This document shows positions 1-11,553 of a stretch of DNA of 64,000 nucleotides, piece after piece. The stretch is from Octopus bimaculoides. Lineage: Eukaryota. The stretch covers positions 62,847,705 to 62,911,704 of the forward strand of contig NC_068990.1 of assembly GCF_001194135.2 (NCBI RefSeq), written 5' to 3'. A program made the translations under genes and the position numbers. How positions within the stretch are numbered: position 1 is the stretch's first letter; every line of letters begins with the position of its first letter. The notes below the pieces were generated by a model. The model made no database searches. It saw only the letters and a list, made by a program, of their open reading frames with translations, and was not told the DNA's origin.

Positions 1-162
1 AAAGGTTATCTAACTGGCTTAAACACCAAAAATAGCTTTGTACTTTTATGAGTTAAAGGTCAACTTTTCTCCCTCCCGCTTNNNNNNNNNNATTACAGGT
101 AAAAAACTCAATTAAAATCAATTTATAAAAAATTAAAATTAAATTGAGCCTTATAGATAAAG

Positions 163-496
163 TATATATAAAATATATAGTTTTAGGGAAAATAACCAAT
201 TTTCAAGAACTCATCGATGAAAATCCACTATCACATATAGAAAAATTAATAATTAATGTATGCATATAAACATGTGTGTGTGTGTGTGTATGTAAACATT
301 TCTACTTTAGCTAGTGTCTATTACTAACTGGAACTTATTTGGATAATAATATTCCGACTAACTTTATATTATACTAATTTATTGTGCTTTTAATTATTAA
401 TTTTTCTATATGTGATAGTGGATTTTCATCGATGAGTTCTTNNNNNNNNNNTTTCATCGATGAGTTCTTGAAACTTGGTTATTTTCCCTAAAACTA

Positions 497-510
<14 letters not shown>
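163..510. repeat. Foldback/MITE-like long inverted repeat (about 90-bp arms, about 130-bp spacer)
   Basis: 163-256 (tatatataaaatatatagttttagggaaaataacc...aaaaattaataattaa) is the near-perfect reverse complement of 390-510 once the 10-N gap and its 18-bp overlap are removed; flanked by TA-rich sequence. Confidence 0.7.
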
Positions 511-527
<17 letters not shown>

Positions 528-1641
528 AACTTTAGGAGAACAAACAATTGAATATAGGGAACCGATTCAATTGGCATATGTCACTCTTTTGCATATTTGT
601 GACTTCGTGACATCAGTATTTTTTATTGCATTTAATTTGTAAAGTTCAAAAAGGCCTGAACATTCAAAAATCTACTTTCACCACTTAAAATCTTTAACGT
701 GTTGTTTTTACATCTATTTACATTTGTGCAGCAATGTATGAATGGCTTTTTAAAAACATACAAGTAAAATTCATATTTTAATCAAAATCTCGCTTGGTAG
801 TTTTTTCTATTTCTCTTAGTTTGGAAGTTCAATATGTACAGTTTTATATGTATATTCTACTATTCTGTACTGATTAGACAGAAAACATATAAAACATTTA
901 GTATGCAAGGTATGTTGCCCTAAACAATACCTGGACAACTGTCAGCTGTCCTACACTAAATTTTGATTAATATATTATAACTTAAACGTTGCACATTTTT
1001 CTAGTCTCTTTAACAATTCCCCTCTCAGAAAGACCTAGCACCTGTGCTTCATCTTATTAAAAGATGGGTTGAGCTAAATTCATTGTTCTTGATAGCATGA
1101 ATACGATAAGAATTTTTATATTTACATTTCATCAAAGTGATTGTAGTACATGTGTATTTTCACACAACCAATTTGATGGGTTCATCCAGCTGTTTGGCAA
1201 GGATTTGAGTCAGTTCCTACCAAATGTTATATATTCACTGTCGTAAAACTTACGCTAAGGTTTGGAGTGATAAATGTGCTATAGAAAATACTGAAGGGTC
1301 ATAATTGAAAAGCCTTCAAATACTAAATTATCTAGTTACATCACAGACAAGACAAAAAAAAAAGCAAAAATAAAAAAGAATGGATGCTAAGAGTTCTGAG
1401 CAAGGGAATATATTCATTACACCTCAAGTAACATCGTTTCTAAAAACAATGCCTGAAGTTTGAGGATGTGGACAGTGAATTGAATCGACATTGGTACTTC
1501 ACTATTTTCATATTCTATTGACATCAACAGGCTGTTATACAAAGTTGATCTCTGCTGGTTCCCTGACCTTAAACAATTCTGCCAATCCACCGCTAATTTT
1601 AACTCCCAAATAATATAAAACAAACTTGCTCGATCTTGGCT

Positions 1642-1691
<50 letters not shown>

Positions 1692-2117
1692 TTCAAATTA
1701 CGACAAACGTAAATAAACAAACGAAGTTTGCTTTTAGAAGCGTTGAGATGTCGTAGAAAGTTAAAGAAGTGATTTTAAATTCTCAGTCGCAGAATAATGC
1801 TAATAATATAGCCTGAACAGGATAAACTACCCCTATTTTGCAGAATATATATGTATATATTATTTGTATAATATATATATCAAGTATAGTATATATATCA
1901 ATGCCGTCACTTACAATTAATTAATTAAAAATAAAGCTATTCTTAGATGGCAGACTCGCTAATAATGCATGCCATAGTTGTTTTTTTTCTCAGAAACTAT
2001 TTTATTGAATACAAAATTTAAGAAAATGGCATTTTAAAGAATATCAGTAACAACTCAAATTCCCTCAGACAAAACAACCTTTTCCAAAACTCTAAGACAT
2101 GTGCAGATAATATGTAT

Positions 2118-2161
<44 letters not shown>

Positions 2162-3342
2162 GAAAACATTCTTGCAACGGATTCAGGAAATATCACAGAC
2201 AAAACTATTCACAACTAAACTTCTTATGATTTACCAAAGCTGCTAGATACAGCTTCTCTATAATAATTAGTTGTGTCACCTGTCTCTATAAGTAGGAATC
2301 CAAATCCTCAGAACGCTTGCACATTCTAAAAAGTCGTATATCTTCTAAAATATGTGAAACTTGAGAGATATCCAACTATTCAGTAATACTAAAGCTATAG
2401 TGTTTAGTGCATCAATAATGAGCTATGAAACCATAAACCCGTTCCATTTAATTAACCTAAAGTACATGTCACATCTTTGTAAGTATAAGTGTGCGTGTGG
2501 TTGTGTATGAATGCAAGTAAGAATGAATTTGAAAGTTATCCCAAACTAATAAAACATTTCGGAAGAAAGGAGGTTTGTGAGTGAAACGAAATATGTGACT
2601 GCAGTTTCGAAGGACCCCTATACATTAGGGATACAATACCAAAAGGTAAGCAAAATTAAAAGATTAATAGATGAAACGACAACTGAATCAATCTTGTTTT
2701 CTTTTTTTCAATAGGCTAAAGATTAAAAAGATAAAAAGTGAGTTAAGATCAAAAGCTATAACAATAGACTTAGTCAATGAATATTTTATGAATTTCGTTT
2801 TCAATATCTAACGGCAGAGCATGGAAGCTAAAGTTCAGCCATATTTTCATGTATAGGTGCAGTAAGAAACATGAAATAATGTGTATAAAAAATAGTTGGA
2901 AGCATTAAGATAAGTTAAAAAAAGAACATCAATCAAAACTGGAAACACAATTGAAAATTCTACGTATTTATTATGGAATATTGGTAGATATTAAATTAAT
3001 GAATTACCCGTATAATACTTGTACGTAGAGCAAGAACAAAAATGAAAGGAAATGGGACAAATCTAGTGTATTAACATTACAATAATGTCTTTAAGAAACA
3101 AATTATTGGGTTAGATTTACTTTTATGTATATATTTTATTTTTCTTACTGGAATAATCATTTTCCAAAATTTGCGTGGATTGTAACTAGCCATCTCCCCG
3201 TCGTCTCTCTCTATACAATATTATGCACAATATGTAGCAAGTCAGATAACCTGTACGGTCGATGGCACACACTTCGTTCCAAATATTTGACATTTTTTTC
3301 TTAGAAAAACGTTTAGTACCAAATTACCCAATTAAATATTGA

Positions 3343-3536
3343 TTTCAAATTTTGGCACAAGGCCAGCAATTACGTTGGAGGAAGTAAATCGATTACATGG
3401 ACCTCAGTGTTAAATTTTATTGACCCCGAAAGGTTGAAAGGCAAGGTTGACCTCGGCGGAATTTGAACTCAGAACGTAAAGACGGAAGAAATGCTACTAA
3501 GCATTTATCCCGGTGTGCTAACGATTCTGCCAGCTC
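3343..3536 (-). mobile_element. SINE family 1 copy
   Basis: Reverse complement matches the window-wide repeat gagctggcagaatcgttagcac...gagttcaaattccgccgaggtcaacc...ttgtgccaaaatttgaaa; B-box-like gagttcaaattcc. Confidence 0.85.
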
Positions 3537-4465
3537 AGACTTGACGTCATTAAATATTAATAGAAAATTTGTATAATTTTTAGAGTTGACTTTTTTTGGT
3601 GGGCTGGGTAGGGGCTATGTCTGGCTGTTTTAAATTTCTCTCTGCGGTGGAACCCAAGGAAATTTTGTATGTATTATCTGATTATGTCTATAAAAACTTT
3701 ACAAAACATATTTTAACCAACAATGCAATGTAAATACCGAAAGTATGCAAGAACTCCATTATCTACGATGTTACACCTTTCACTGTTTTGTTTCCCCTAA
3801 CTACTGTCACCACTACTGCTTTATTTGTACTGCTATTTCAAAAGCTGTCGTTTGTGGTGATATTGTTAGAATCATTCTGCTTTTACTATAAACGCTCTCA
3901 GCCTACAACTGCTAATAGTTGCTATTAATTTAGGCACAAGAACAAAGGTTTTAAGGAAGGTGAAGTTGACATAGTAGACCCAAGTAAATAACTCGAAGCA
4001 CAGAAGTTAATACCATCTAGTGGCATTTGAAATCAAAACGTAAAAAGACCTAACTAAATACCGCAACATATTTGGTCAGCCGTACTGTAACTTACTGCCC
4101 TCCTACTGCTAATAAGAATAATGGTTTGTATGATAATACAATTATTTCTGATCTTGATGTGCAGCATATATCATATTTTTCTTCACATTCATTTACACGC
4201 GGACATCAGCATACTTTTACAGATTTTCTTTGCCACCGTCTCTTTATCTGAAGAAAGTGTGTGAGTACTTACATACACACTCACAGATATATATATATAT
4301 ATATATATATANNNNNNNNNNNNNNNNNNNNNNNNNNNNNNNNNNNNNNNNNNNNNNNNNNNNNNNNNNNNNNNNNNNNNNNNNNNNNNNNNNNNNNNNN
4401 NNNNNNNNNNNNNNNNNNNNNNNNNNNNNNNNNNNNNNNNNNNNNNNNNNNNNNNNNNNNTATAT

Positions 4466-4517
<52 letters not shown>

Positions 4518-4971
4518 ACACATACACACACACAATCCTATATACACCAACGGATAAGAAAATGCTTTGATCTGGTGGCCTGAGTCTGTAATGGCCAACA
4601 AGACAAGAAATAAAGAAAGGGAAAAAGAAATATGACAAGACCATGGAGGATAAAATGGCTGGAAAGTCTAGTGGAAGTGTCCATCTAAAGTAGATCAACT
4701 TTGCTCATTAAATTGTCGTAGTTTGCTTTGTTCGAAGTTAAGTCGACATTCACAATCTGTCATTACGGCACATACGCGTGCAAGCCCACATATATACACG
4801 CAGACACGCACACACTTACACACAACATATATACATACACGTGTGTGTCTGCTTGTGCGTGCCTGTGTGTGTGTGTACATAGGTAGAATTAGATATTGGT
4901 TATAGAAATGTCGACAGTAACTTCGAAATTTTGCTGGTGATGCCTTATTCAAATAGTAAACTAAAAAGTAG

Positions 4972-5019
<48 letters not shown>

Positions 5020-5115
5020 AAGCTAAAGCAGCTGGTTTTAAAATCTGAAAGATTCACATATTAACCGTACTAAACAGTAACGTCAGTTACCACATTTACG
5101 TGGCTGTTCTGATAT

Positions 5116-5865
5116 ATTATCTTAGTTCCCCCTGTTCCTAACGGACGCTGGGCGACGAGTTGCCTCCACCGAGTGTGATCTGCTGTAGCCGTTTTTGCAT
5201 CAGTCCAGGTCATTTGCAGTTCCCGTAAGTTCTCGCGAAGAGTACGGAGTATTGCACCAGTTTTCGAAGATGTCGGACAAGTTGTCCATCGCTCACCGCT
5301 GCATGATCTTCCAAGTTTAACACGAATGCGTCGCCTATGGAAGACGTCGAATTTGTTGACGATGTCAGCTGTGCTTTTCCACGTCTCGCATGTATAGATA
5401 GCAGAAGGCTCTACAATCGACATGTAAAGATGGAACTTTACATCTTTGGTGGTGGAATTTTTGGACCATACAAAGTCGTCTGAATACATCTTAAGATTGT
5501 CCAATATGGGTTTGTACATCAACTTTCGCATCACCATAATTGCGGATGATGCTTCCTAGATATTTGAAATTTACTTCGCTCTTCAGACTGTTGTTTCCAA
5601 CTGTTACTGAAGGGTTTATTGGCGTACCAGTGGTCATTGTCTTTGTTTTCTCACAGCTTATGCCCAGGCCCGCCTTAACTGCATTGCTGTTGATGTTATT
5701 ATTTAGTTGTTGCAATCCTTCAGGCGTGTGACTAACAACCGCTACATCTTCTGCGTAACCCAAGTTACATAACCTCCCTTCACGCCAACTAATCTCTGCC
5801 TGTAGGTTGTTCACTGCCTTCTTTATGACAAGATCGATAACATTGGAAGATATCGAGGGCCGGAT
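5116..5865 (-). mobile_element. 5'-truncated RTE-clade LINE (RT C-terminal half to 3' end), frameshifted
   Basis: Translations LCNLGYAEDVAVV (YADD motif), ISCEKTKTM, VNFKYLGSII, FHLYMSIVEPSAIYTCETWK...FDVFHRR and LRELQMTWTDAKTATADHTRWRQLV are typical RTE RT/thumb and C-terminal motifs. Confidence 0.85.
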
Positions 5866-5940
5866 AGAAATGTTAAAAATGTGATGGATCAAAGATAGGG
5901 CAGAGATGAAAAATTTAATATTTTATAATACTTCGAGGTA

Positions 5941-6106
5941 GGTTGGCGAGCTGGCAGAATTGTTATCACGAGGCATTTCGTCTAACTTTAACTTCAAAGT
6001 TCAAATTCCGCCGAGATCGACTTCGTGTTTCACCTTTCCAAGGTAGATAAAACAAGTCCTAGTTGTATATCGGAGTCGTTGCCAAAATTTGAAGCCAATT
6101 TTATAC
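5941..6106 (+). mobile_element. SINE family 1 copy, internally deleted, with 10-bp TSD
   Basis: Head ggcgagctggcagaat, box aagttcaaattccgccgagatcgact; cttcgaggta duplicated at 5931-5940 and 6107-6116. Confidence 0.8.
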
Positions 6107-6487
6107 CTTCGAGGTATTATCGATTTCGCATATTTTTCCCTTTCTGTAAATGGATCACCGTACTGTAATCTGTTGTTTACTTTCTTTCAAATGTATTCCT
6201 AGGATTTTCCCCTTGAATTTGATGGACGTTAGCAGAAATATTTATTAGATGCAAATTGCTTTATGCCTGTTTCGTTATTAAACACCACTGAGGTCCAATC
6301 ATTATGATCCCTGTAAAATTTCGGACGGTTCTGGATACTTATCTATTTATGCAAGTAATGTCGTACTGTGTCAGCAATACATTACTTTTACTGGCTAATT
6401 GTGTTTGTATGGAATTAATATACTAATTTTATAGGCAATTTTGCTTGTATGGAGGTTCTAGATGTAAATACGTATGCAATTAACGCA

Positions 6488-7673
6488 TATGAGGATAAGT
6501 TGGAAATTTCATAGGCTGACTAAGATATTCTCAAAAAATGCGACCAAAGTTCACACACTTCTTCCATTGGTGTTGCAGTGCTTGGATACCATTGATGAAA
6601 AGTAGCTTTCAGCCTTTTGATAAAAAATGTCATCAACAGCAGATATGACGTCATCATCACTGCGATACTGGTTCCTAGCCAGGTGTCTTTTCATGTTGAG
6701 GAACAGATAATAGTCATATGGAGTTAAATCAGAAGACTAGAGAGGCTGGTCAACAGCCACTGTCCTAATCAAACAAGACGCATTTGTTCAGTTTTCCTGG
6801 ATGTTTGGTGTTGATAGCCTTTCATACTACCTCAGTAAGTTGGCCTATTACTCTCTATTGACGGTGTGGCCCTTTTCAAGATAGTCAATAAACACAGTGC
6901 CTTTTGCATCCCAAAAATCTGAGATCTTCATCTTCCCCGCAGATGAAATGACCTTGGCTTTCTTTAGAGTAAGTGAGGAGAGGCATTTCCACTGTATGAA
7001 TTGCCTCTTTGTCTGGCTCAAAGTGATGAACCCAACACTCATCCTGAGTTACGAAACGTTCAAGCAAACCAGCTGGATCTGCCTGAAACAATGTCAGATA
7101 TTCCCCTCATGTGATTATCTTGGCGCGCTTTTAATCAGGTGTCAGAACACTTGAAACCCACCGAGCAGAAAACTTCGTCATGCAAAGTTTATTGTCCAAA
7201 ATATCCTCAACTTTCTCACAGGATATGCTAATGGCATTGGCTATTTCATTTATGGTCAATTGCCTGTCATCTACCACCATGTGATGAGCTCAACCAATGT
7301 TTTCTTCGATGGTAGCAATTATAGGAACTGTACACCTTGGGACATCTTCAAGACTCTCCCTTTCCTTCCTAAATGCAGCTGCTCACTTTTGCACTGCTGA
7401 TAAAGCTGGAGCGTCATCCCCTAATGTATCAACCATAACAACATGAATGTCCTTGTGGCTAAGCCCTTTCTCTGCAGGTACCTGATAACACCATGATGCT
7501 AAATTTAGTCCATTTCAAAGAAAAGTCGCTACTATTGTCTTTTGCAGTCTTCTTTCAATAGTCATGTGACAGCCAGTTTATACGGATCAAACAATGAAGT
7601 TATTAATAAGCAGAGTTGAAATTCGTCGTCACTCCTTCATAGTCAGCGTATAAACTTTCAGCCCAGCTTCGTA
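6488..7673 (-). mobile_element. Degraded near-full-length mariner (about 1.19 kb)
   Basis: Degenerate about 33-bp TIRs (tatgaggataagttggaaatttcataggctgact vs reverse complement tacgaagctgggctgaaagtttatacgctgact) with TA termini; transposase remnants ERFVTQDECWVHHFEP and KKAKVISSAGK..SDFWDAKGTVFIDYLEKGHTVN. Confidence 0.85.
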
Positions 7674-8231
7674 GTCTGTAAAGTTGTGACACGCTCTCTG
7701 CTAATCACCGACATTTTTTATCCCCTCGTCAGATGAAATCGAGGCAAAGATTCTTGGACAAAACCTAAGAATACATTTAGCTGAGTTGATATTTCTTCAA
7801 TATGAGCGCATTAACAGGTAAAGCAGAAGTTTGCATCCTTTTCTTGAGGTGATATAAAATACTGATGTGACTTGCAGTAAATCAAATATTTATTTCTAGA
7901 CAAAATGTATGTAATAATAATTACTCTTTCTTATATCATCGAGCGTAATGTAAATTAATTAACATGGTTAATTGCAAATATCAAATCGATAATTAGTTTT
8001 TATATTTATATCAAAACATAATTAGAAAAATACTAAATTTCATTTTGTACTCACCTTTGACCAGGAATCTCTCTCATTCCTGATGTATGTATCTGTGTGT
8101 GTGTGTGTGTGTGTGTGTGTTTGTGTGTATACATACATACGTATAACTGTCTTCCTGCATGAATGTATTCACACACATACACACACACACACACACATAC
8201 AAACATACATACATTCATTTTAGTATAAGTG

Positions 8232-8388
8232 CTAGTTCGGGGAAGAGGGTAAGTCAGTAACATTGACCCCAATACTCGACTGGTACTTATTCTATCGACC
8301 TCGAGGATGAAAGGCAAAGACGACCTCGGTGGAATTTGAACTCAGAACGAAAAGACGGACGAAATGACGCTAAGTATTTTGCCTGTGC
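8232..8388 (-). mobile_element. SINE family 1 copy (partial)
   Basis: Reverse complement of the SINE1 body (ggaatttgaactcagaacg...cgctaagtattttgcc). Confidence 0.8.
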
Positions 8389-8404
8389 AATTTAATGGTA
8401 AGCT

Positions 8405-8551
8405 ACCACACCGGGCGAAATGCTTAGCGGTATTTAGCACGTCGCTACATTCTGAATTCAAATTCCGCCAAAGTTAACTTTGCTTTTCATACTTTCGGGG
8501 ATCGATAAAATAAGCATCAGTTGAACACTAGGGCCGATCATACAATCGACT
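8405..8551 (+). mobile_element. SINE family 1 body, ending at AATCGACT
   Basis: ccgggcgaaatgcttagcggtattt...gaattcaaattccgcc...tacaatcgact; lacks both the head and the normal tail. Confidence 0.8.
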
Positions 8552-9520
8552 ACGTTTTCCGAGAGTGCCACCAGAAATTAAACCGGAGTGATTGGTTGCA
8601 ACAGTGCTGGCTGCAACCAAGAAGGATCCGGAATTGGGACCAGTGGCAGAAACAAAAGTGCGCAACTGGTGGGGATTTGGACTCGAAATGTGGCTTTTTG
8701 CCACATTCGAGGACATAGAAAGAATTCCCTCTCAGATAGAAGTGGAGGACGAGAGAACGTTAAATGTCGTAGTCGAGGGAAGGAAACCAAAATGTTACAT
8801 TTGCGAGGAGAGAGGTCATATGAAGGCCAAATGCCCTCTATATGAGTTCACACAGCCACAGCAAGAGAAAGCGCAAGCAGAGGAGGAAAACATTGTAGAC
8901 CACACTGAGGAAATGAAAGAAAGACAGAAGTGTGAAACAGAGGAAACAAAGGAGAAGAACGAAAATTGAGCTGCTAACCCTAAAAAGCGAAAGAAAAATA
9001 AGTCAAAGGAACAGTCAACAGAAAACAAAAAAGATATAGGAAAGCCAGAAACTAATAATGTACAAGAAGAGGAGGAGAGAACGGATAAAGATGTTGAATA
9101 CAAGGTGGTTTTGATGAAATACGAGAAGAACGAGCAGATGGAGAGAAAAATCGCGAAGTTGGAGGAAATAATAAGAGTGAAGATGCCGGAAACATGTGCT
9201 GATAAATGCCTTTTGATACATGAGAAAAACTACTGGGAGTACATAAAAGAACTTGGTGAAAATGTAACAACGAAACGGGTTTGGTTGGTGGAGAAACCAC
9301 CCACTAGAACTGATTATTTACAGTTGATAAAGACGGAAGTAACAGTGATTAATGGGAGAAAATAACGTGAATATTTCAATTTTTTTAGTTGCAAAACCGT
9401 TAAAATGTATACATGGAGTTTAAGAAAAAGTGAAAAACTAGATAAATGTAACCACCCGACTTCGGGGATCGAGTGGACATTGCGCCTCATTTTTTCATTC
9501 TTGCATATTATCATTTTATT
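8552..9520 (+). mobile_element. 5'-truncated Tx1/L1-type ORF1 element, copy A (pseudogenised)
   Basis: RVPPEIKPE*LVAT...NWWGFGLE...NVVVEGRKPK-CYICEERGHMKAKC (CX2CX4HX4C knuckle), K/E-rich linker, C-terminal ERKIAKLEEIIRVKMP...KCLLIHEKNYWEYIKELGENV ending at 9365; homologous to copies B and C. Confidence 0.75.
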
Positions 9521-10511
9521 TGAATTTTTGCTTAGACAAATATCATGGTTTTTACTGTTTTTCTCGCGCTACAAGATCATCTTGGCTCAGTTTTCAAACC
9601 GGACTTCAAATCAATCTTTGCAGTGGATATATGTTTACCTTCGAAAAAACTTTTTTTATGATCAAGATCAATTTCGTTTTTGCAATTTTCTCTTTTATTT
9701 GGATCTGTAAAGTTGTCTTTCATTTCTTCATGGTTAAGTTTTCTATAATGTCTTAATTTTCCCATGGTTAATATCTCCAGAATCCATGTGTCACAAACAC
9801 TGAGCTAACGAGGAAATCTCAAAGTGGTCATTCAAATTGCTAGACGTAGCAGCTAGTCCTCCTTCATATCACCACCTTCTGCTTTATAAGGGAGACACGT
9901 TGAACAATGTTGCGATGGATACGAAAACAAGATGATATGATCATGGCTGGAGTGTCTTCGATCCTATGTTTGCTCCATTCTGACTGATATACCTCAAAAC
10001 TGCTACAAAAGCGTCTTCCGATAATCAATCGGCACCTAGTTCAAACGTCCCCTGAACCTCCCCTCGTTTTTATGTACGTCTTTGTTGAACAGCAACTGAC
10101 ATTTACACCAATATGAGATTTCCCAGTATTTAACATTTACTTCTGGATCTATACTGTCAATTTTCCTGGGGAAACATATTTATTATAACGTTGCCATTCA
10201 GGCTTAATCCTGTATGTGAAGATGATAACACTGATTAGATTGTATTGTTTTGTCAAGCCATAGATACTAACATGTTTCACCGTTCATTTCGGTGTTGATA
10301 TTAATTCATTCAATAAACTGTTTAAAGTCTCTTAAGTTACCAAAGTGGCTACGGAATATCAAGCTAAAATGATGTTATGAAAAAAAAAAAAAATTACATG
10401 GTCAATATCCGGAAAGAGCTGAAGAGAGTCGAGAATGTGAAAGAAAAATCGCAGTAGAGAGATGTGCTGGTATCAAAGCTTAGAATGGGGCATCCTTAGT
10501 TGCAGCACATA

Positions 10512-11025
10512 TGCGCAGGCATCGCTGTGTAATAAGACGTTTACTTACCAACTACATAGCAGTACCTTGGGAAAGTGTCCGACACGGGCCGACCAAAGCC
10601 TCGTGAGTGAATTTGTTAGACGGGAACTGAAGGAAGCCCGTCGTGTATGTGTATGTGTGTGTGTGTGTACTGATTTTGTCTTGACGAGTTCGATAAGCAA
10701 ACGAAAGCGCTAACTGAGAATTATCCAAAATTCTGACTGCCACCTTTTTTTAACACACACACACACACACACACACATATGTTAATGAGTGTGTATATGT
10801 ATGTGTCTGTTTGTTCTACCACCACCGCTTGACAACCGGTTTTGGTGTGTTTACGTCTACGTAGCCGAATAGTTCGATAAAGAAGACCCATATGATAAGT
10901 ACCAGGATTTTTTTTTAAATGTACTGGGGTCGATTCATTCGACTAAAAATTTTTCAAGGTACTGGTCCAGCACGGTCGCAGACAAATGACTGAAACAAGT
11001 AAGTGATAAAATATAAAGGATAAAA
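10512..11025 (+). mobile_element. SINE family 2 copy (degraded, microsatellite inside)
   Basis: cgggccgaccaaagcctcgtgagtg...actgaaggaagcccgtcg and ctggggtcgattcattcgact...aaatgactgaaacaagtaa, shared with 43261 and 52203. Confidence 0.8.
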
Positions 11026-11346
11026 GATGATGAAAGCCTTCTCATAAACCCTAGAAAAGACCATGAAATGAAACACAATAAATTAAGCAATTATTTAAGT
11101 ACACAATGCCTACATAATGCGAATAGACCTATATTTATTTATCATGTTCGCTTGCTGCACTGATGAGCAGAACACTGAGTACCTTTGGTATGGGCTGTGT
11201 TTTGGTCCAGTTTTGTAGTTCTTATTGTCCTAATTGTACTATAGGTAATTATGTACGCAATAGATTTTTTAGTAGTGCTATATAGAGCACTGGTTTATTG
11301 CATATGCATTTGTCATCACGCTTTTTTCAAAACCCCACTCAATGCA

Positions 11347-11553
11347 GTGGGAGAGGTGACGAGCGGGGTAGCCAATCTCATTCAGAAATGAATTGAGAGG
11401 AAGCTGTGTCTGAAAGGTTGGGCGGAGGTGGAGAATGCATACATCTCTTCAATCACCTGCTACCGCCTGACCGTCGTCCCTTGCCCTAGTCCGTGCCTGA
11501 TAAAGTTGGAGCACTTGCTCTTCTACTTTCTATGGAAGGGACGTGTTTCTCTC
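11347..11553 (+). mobile_element. Tx1/L1-clade ORF2 fragment (post-RT region)
   Basis: VGEVTSGVANLIQK*IERKLCLKGWAEVENAYISSITCYRLTVVPCP...LIKLEHLLFYFLWKG fits the L1/Tx1 W..R.LSL.GR...Y...V...LE..LF.FLW block; one in-frame stop. Confidence 0.7.

Noticed and set aside
424-469. 18-bp direct repeat tttcatcgatgagttctt on both sides of a 10-N gap
   Set aside because: Typical unmerged contig overlap artefact.
2612-2651. Donor-like aaaag|gtaagc with a short upstream open frame
   Set aside because: Weak acceptor and no recognisable peptide.
8552-11553. Copy A plus the ORF2 fragment as one full-length Tx1 element
   Set aside because: Sequence between 9365 and 11347 shows no EN/RT motifs and A is followed by a 3'UTR-like segment weakly similar to C's.
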